Assembly: GCA_030324005.1 (NCBI GenBank)
Contig: JARDVH010000163.1
Location: 57,205,677 to 57,269,676 of the forward strand
Length of the DNA stretch: 64,000 nt
Direction of reading: 5' to 3'
Source: Negaprion brevirostris
Lineage: Eukaryota
Part shown: positions 60,585 to 64,000 of the stretch, in pieces
Numbering within the stretch: the stretch's first letter is position 1
Layout: each line of letters starts with the position of its first letter
Notes under the pieces: generated by a model
The model's input: only the letters and a program-made list of their open reading frames with translations
What the model was told of the DNA's origin: nothing
Databases searched by the model: none
Made by a program: the position numbers and the translations under genes

Positions 60585-60670
60585 AACAAAATACTGTGGA
60601 TGTTGGAACCTGAACAAAAACAGAGGCCACTGGAAAAACTCTGGCAGCATCAATCAAGAGAGAAACACAT
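60585..60670 (-). mobile_element. Penelope pLTR remnant
   Basis: 'aacaaaatactgtggatgttggaacctgaacaaaaacagag..ctggaaaaactc'. Confidence 0.6.
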
Positions 60671-60924
60671 ACTGAGTGATGTGTCTTGTGATCGCTGTGG
60701 TCTCCTGGAACTGATCCCCTCAACCATTTGGCTTCAATTTATTTCTATATCTGACGGTGATTATTTTGAGTCTCCCAGGTGATTTGTGGCTCTTGGTGCT
60801 TCGGAAAAGAGGGGGAAAACAGGGGGGGTTGAGGGGCATGGTGCTTATTTGCATCATAACAGAATGAAACAAGGTCAATGCAGCGGCTCATCATTCTCTG
60901 TCCCTTTTGATCAAATGCCTCTAA

Positions 60925-61610
60925 GTGGTAACAATTTGCATTTATTTTGTCCCTTTAACAGAGTAGAACACCCCTCTTCATAGGAAGAACGCTCTTCATA
61001 GGAGTGTAATGAAACAGAATTTGGCAGTTAGTCACAAAAGGAGAGACTGGAACAGATAACCAAAAGCTTGGTTAATGATTTTCAGCAGCATCCTAAACGA
61101 GGAAAGGGAGATGGAGAGGTTTAGGACCTCAGCAGCTTAACGGCAGACTGCTTAATCTCAGTATGCAAGTGGCCAGGATTTGGAGAAGTGCAGACTTCTT
61201 TGAAGTGTCTTAATGTTTTAAGCATTATTGAGATGGGGGGGGAGCCTGTGTTGTCCAGTAAACAGAGGTGTGATAGGCGAAGGGAACTTTGTGCAAAACA
61301 GCAGACTTTGAATGACTTTAAGTTTAAGGTAACAGAGGATGGGAAGAGGGCTAGGAACTGTCAGATCTAGAGCGAACAAAAAGATAGGTATGGGTTTCAG
61401 CAGCGGATGAGTTGAGGCAGGAGTGAAGCTCCTGTTATGGAGGTGGTCTTAGTGATGACGCAAATATGTGATCGGAAACTCATCTGAAGTTCAAATATGA
61501 TACCAAAGTTAGAACTAAAGACAAAGGAGCAGATATTAGGACAAATGAGCAAATGTTTGGTCGTAAGTTTGTTAACAATGATAGAGAGAGAGAGAGACCA
61601 AATGGAGGAG
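60925..61610 (-). mobile_element. L2 LINE fragments
   Basis: Tail 'caatttgcattta', 'accaaaagcttggtt', and 'gggtttcagcagcggatgagttgaggcagg...aaactcatctgaagttcaaatatgataccaaagtt'. Confidence 0.75.
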
Positions 61611-61771
61611 TTTAATTTGATTTATTATTGTCACATGTATTAACATAGTGATAGTATTGTTTCTTGTATGCTATACAGACAAAGCATACTGTTCATAGAG
61701 AAGGAAACAAGAGAGTACAGAATGTAGTGTTACAGTCATAGCTAGGGTGTAGAGAAAGATCAACTTAATGC
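61611..61771 (-). mobile_element. Rex1/Babar-type LINE 3' end (continues into gap)
   Basis: Reverse complement ends '..tacatgtgacaataataaatcaaattaaa', the Rex1-type terminus as recalled. Confidence 0.6.
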
Positions 61772-62149
61772 NNNNNNNNNNNNNNNNNNNNNNNNNNNNN
61801 NNNNNNNNNNNNNNNNNNNNNNNNNNNNNNNNNNNNNNNNNNNNNNNNNNNNNNNNNNNNNNNNNNNNNNNNNNNNNNNNNNNNNNNNNNNNNNNNNNNN
61901 NNNNNNNNNNNNNNNNNNNNNNNNNNNNNNNNNNNNNNNNNNNNNNNNNNNNNNNNNNNNNNNNNNNNNNNNNNNNNNNNNNNNNNNNNNNNNNNNNNNN
62001 NNNNNNNNNNNNNNNNNNNNNNNNNNNNNNNNNNNNNNNNNNNNNNNNNNNNNNNNNNNNNNNNNNNNNNNNNNNNNNNNNNNNNNNNNNNNNNNNNNNN
62101 NNNNNNNNNNNNNNNNNNNNNNNNNNNNNNNNNNNNNNTAACTATGGTG

Positions 62150-62360
62150 TTGGCATGGGGGGGACCAGGACAGGTTGTTGGTGATCTGAAGAATTTCAGA
62201 GTTTAGGACCTAAACGCTTGAAAGAAGGTGTGCCAATGATGGGAGGAAGGAAGTAGGGGATGCACAAGAGGCCAGAATCTAAGGAACCCAGTGTTCTTGG
62301 GGGATTATAAAGATGGAGGAGATTACAGAGATAGGGAGGGGTAATTTGAACACTAAGATT
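62150..62360 (-). mobile_element. L2 fragment
   Basis: 'gaatttcagagtttaggacctaaacg...ggatgcacaagaggccagaatc...ggagattacagagatagggaggg'. Confidence 0.7.
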
Positions 62361-63564
62361 CCAATAGATTGGTTTCGGCTATTTCTCTGTTCCAGAAATG
62401 TTAAAGCCTCACAGAAAACAGCTGCTTAATCTTGGAATTCTTTCTTTTTTGTGTAACTTGAGCAACGGACAGCCTATTGTATCTGGAGAGAGAAAGGCCC
62501 AGCACAGGGCTGGCAAACTCGGCAGGGAGGCAAGTCCCTCCATTCTTGTGCAAAGAGTAGCATTTAATTTTTTTTCCCAGGCCAATTATCCACCAAACTT
62601 TCCAGACCCTGTGCAAGATTCTATTTAAAAAACACACCCAGTGTAACATTTAAAAAAAGAAGATAATGTCCCCGCTGACCACACCCACCAGATCATTTCC
62701 ATTGTGCTGGCAGAAGACGTCAGAATTCAGCAATCTAGGGCGCACAATGGCTGAAGGGTCTTTTCATCAGCTAACAGATCAAACAAAGCTTAATTGACTT
62801 GGCTCATTCTTAGCTGGGTTTATCTTTTGTTTGCTGAATGAAAAAGGAAAGGAACAAAAGAGAAAAAAAAGAGGGATTCCATGGCAATGCCATACACTCC
62901 AGTCAGTCCTGCCCTGAAAAGGGAATGCAATGGCTTGCTTCCATATTCATTCGTAAATGTGGCACAGCTCTGGAATATATGCTCAGAGACCGTCTAATCC
63001 CCAAAGAATGACAGTAGCAGGTCTCTGTTTTGCCACTTGGATGTTCTCAAGTTTGGGAGGCACTTGCAATACTGACTGTAACAAACTCGGTTTCAACTTG
63101 TGTGCACTGAAAAGAGCCTGAAGTTTCTAATGGCTTGGTGGGTAAGTACAACTGCCTGGGGCCCAAAGACAAGATCTAGCAACAGCTAACTACAGTAGCA
63201 GCAGTTTAATATTGATTGGTTTAATTTGAAATGAATGGCCTTCATTTTATAGTGAATCTGATTTAAGTTCAACTCAATCTCCTGAATCCTTGATAAGGTC
63301 AATTTTTATGGACTTTATTAGTTGTAGCTTGGTCTCAAATGAAATTTTAAAAAATCGTTCACGAATCAGGTGGCATAGCTTTACACGTAGATGCTTCCCT
63401 TTGAATCATTTGTGAGTGTTCATGACTACTCAGCATTCTACATAAAGGTAGAGGTTTCAGTTGCTAGCCTTCACAAGGAAGCTGAACTGCATTAGCTGCC
63501 ATCCAGCACACTACTGGAGTGACCTTATTTATTCACAGGCAGGCTCTACCAACAACAACTTGTC

Positions 63565-63851
63565 AGGGTCAGTCACGTGGGGACAGGCTCAAGGTGAAGA
63601 GCAGGAGATTTGGGGGGGGGATGTGAGGAAAAGCTTTTTTTACCCAGAGGGTGACGGCAGTCTGAAATGCTCTGCCTGGGAGGGCGGTAGAGGTGTTGCC
63701 TCACACCCTTTACAAAGCATCTGGATGAGCACTTGGCATGTCTTCACATTCAAGGCTATGGGCCATGTGCTGGTGAATAAGATTAGGTGGGTGTTTCTCG
63801 GTGCAGACTCAATGGGCCGAAGGGCCTCATCTGCACTCCATGATTCTATGA
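63565..63851 (+). mobile_element. CR1 (HER1-like) LINE 3' end
   Basis: 'ggacaggctcaaggtg...gatgtgaggaaaagctttttttacccagagggtg...gtgcagactcaatgggccgaagggcc..tctgcactccatgattctatga'. Confidence 0.9.
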
Positions 63852-64000
63852 ACCGTGGATGGCTGATAATCATGGCCTTGCCAGCTCATTTGTGTCCTGA
63901 AGAGATACTGGCCGTAAGGACTGATGTTCCTCTGGACCTCCCCATCTCAGAAGATGCTGAACTCCAGCTATCGATGCCTGGGCCGAGATTGGGCAGTTAT

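Noticed and set aside
1-64000. CRISPR array, operon or prokaryotic defence system
   Set aside because: No regularly spaced direct repeats and no gene-dense coding; composition and repeat content are vertebrate
1-64000. Known conserved vertebrate miRNA, snoRNA or rRNA genes
   Set aside because: I recognised none by eye; an Rfam/miRBase scan would be needed to exclude them

Overview
This is eukaryotic, CpG-depleted vertebrate DNA from a gappy draft assembly, almost certainly a cartilaginous fish (shark). The basis is many HE1-type V-SINEs, SacSINE1/DeuSINE-type SINEs, CR1 (HER1-like), L2, RTE and Rex1 LINE relics, Penelope-like elements and short TIR MITEs. I recognise no intact host protein-coding gene. 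The only ORFs with recognisable homology are decayed reverse-transcriptase or GIY-YIG fragments of retroelements, and the long ORFs in the track are N-runs. The window reads as a large intron or gene desert, with many repeat-free AT-rich blocks that could be conserved enhancers and a few weak exon candidates. I did not find a new multi-gene system. The most interesting structures are: (i) a ~217-bp inverted, templated copy of nearby DNA inserted into a LINE; (ii) a near-perfect 41-bp hairpin created inside a SINE; (iii) a V-SINE subfamily that appears to have swapped its CR1 tail for a Rex1-type terminus; (iv) a microhomology-bounded SINE/SINE chimera; (v) decayed Penelope hammerhead ribozymes; (vi) a probable PIF/Harbinger-type MITE clan. 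Repeat family names come from recalled consensus motifs rather than a search, and boundaries are approximate.
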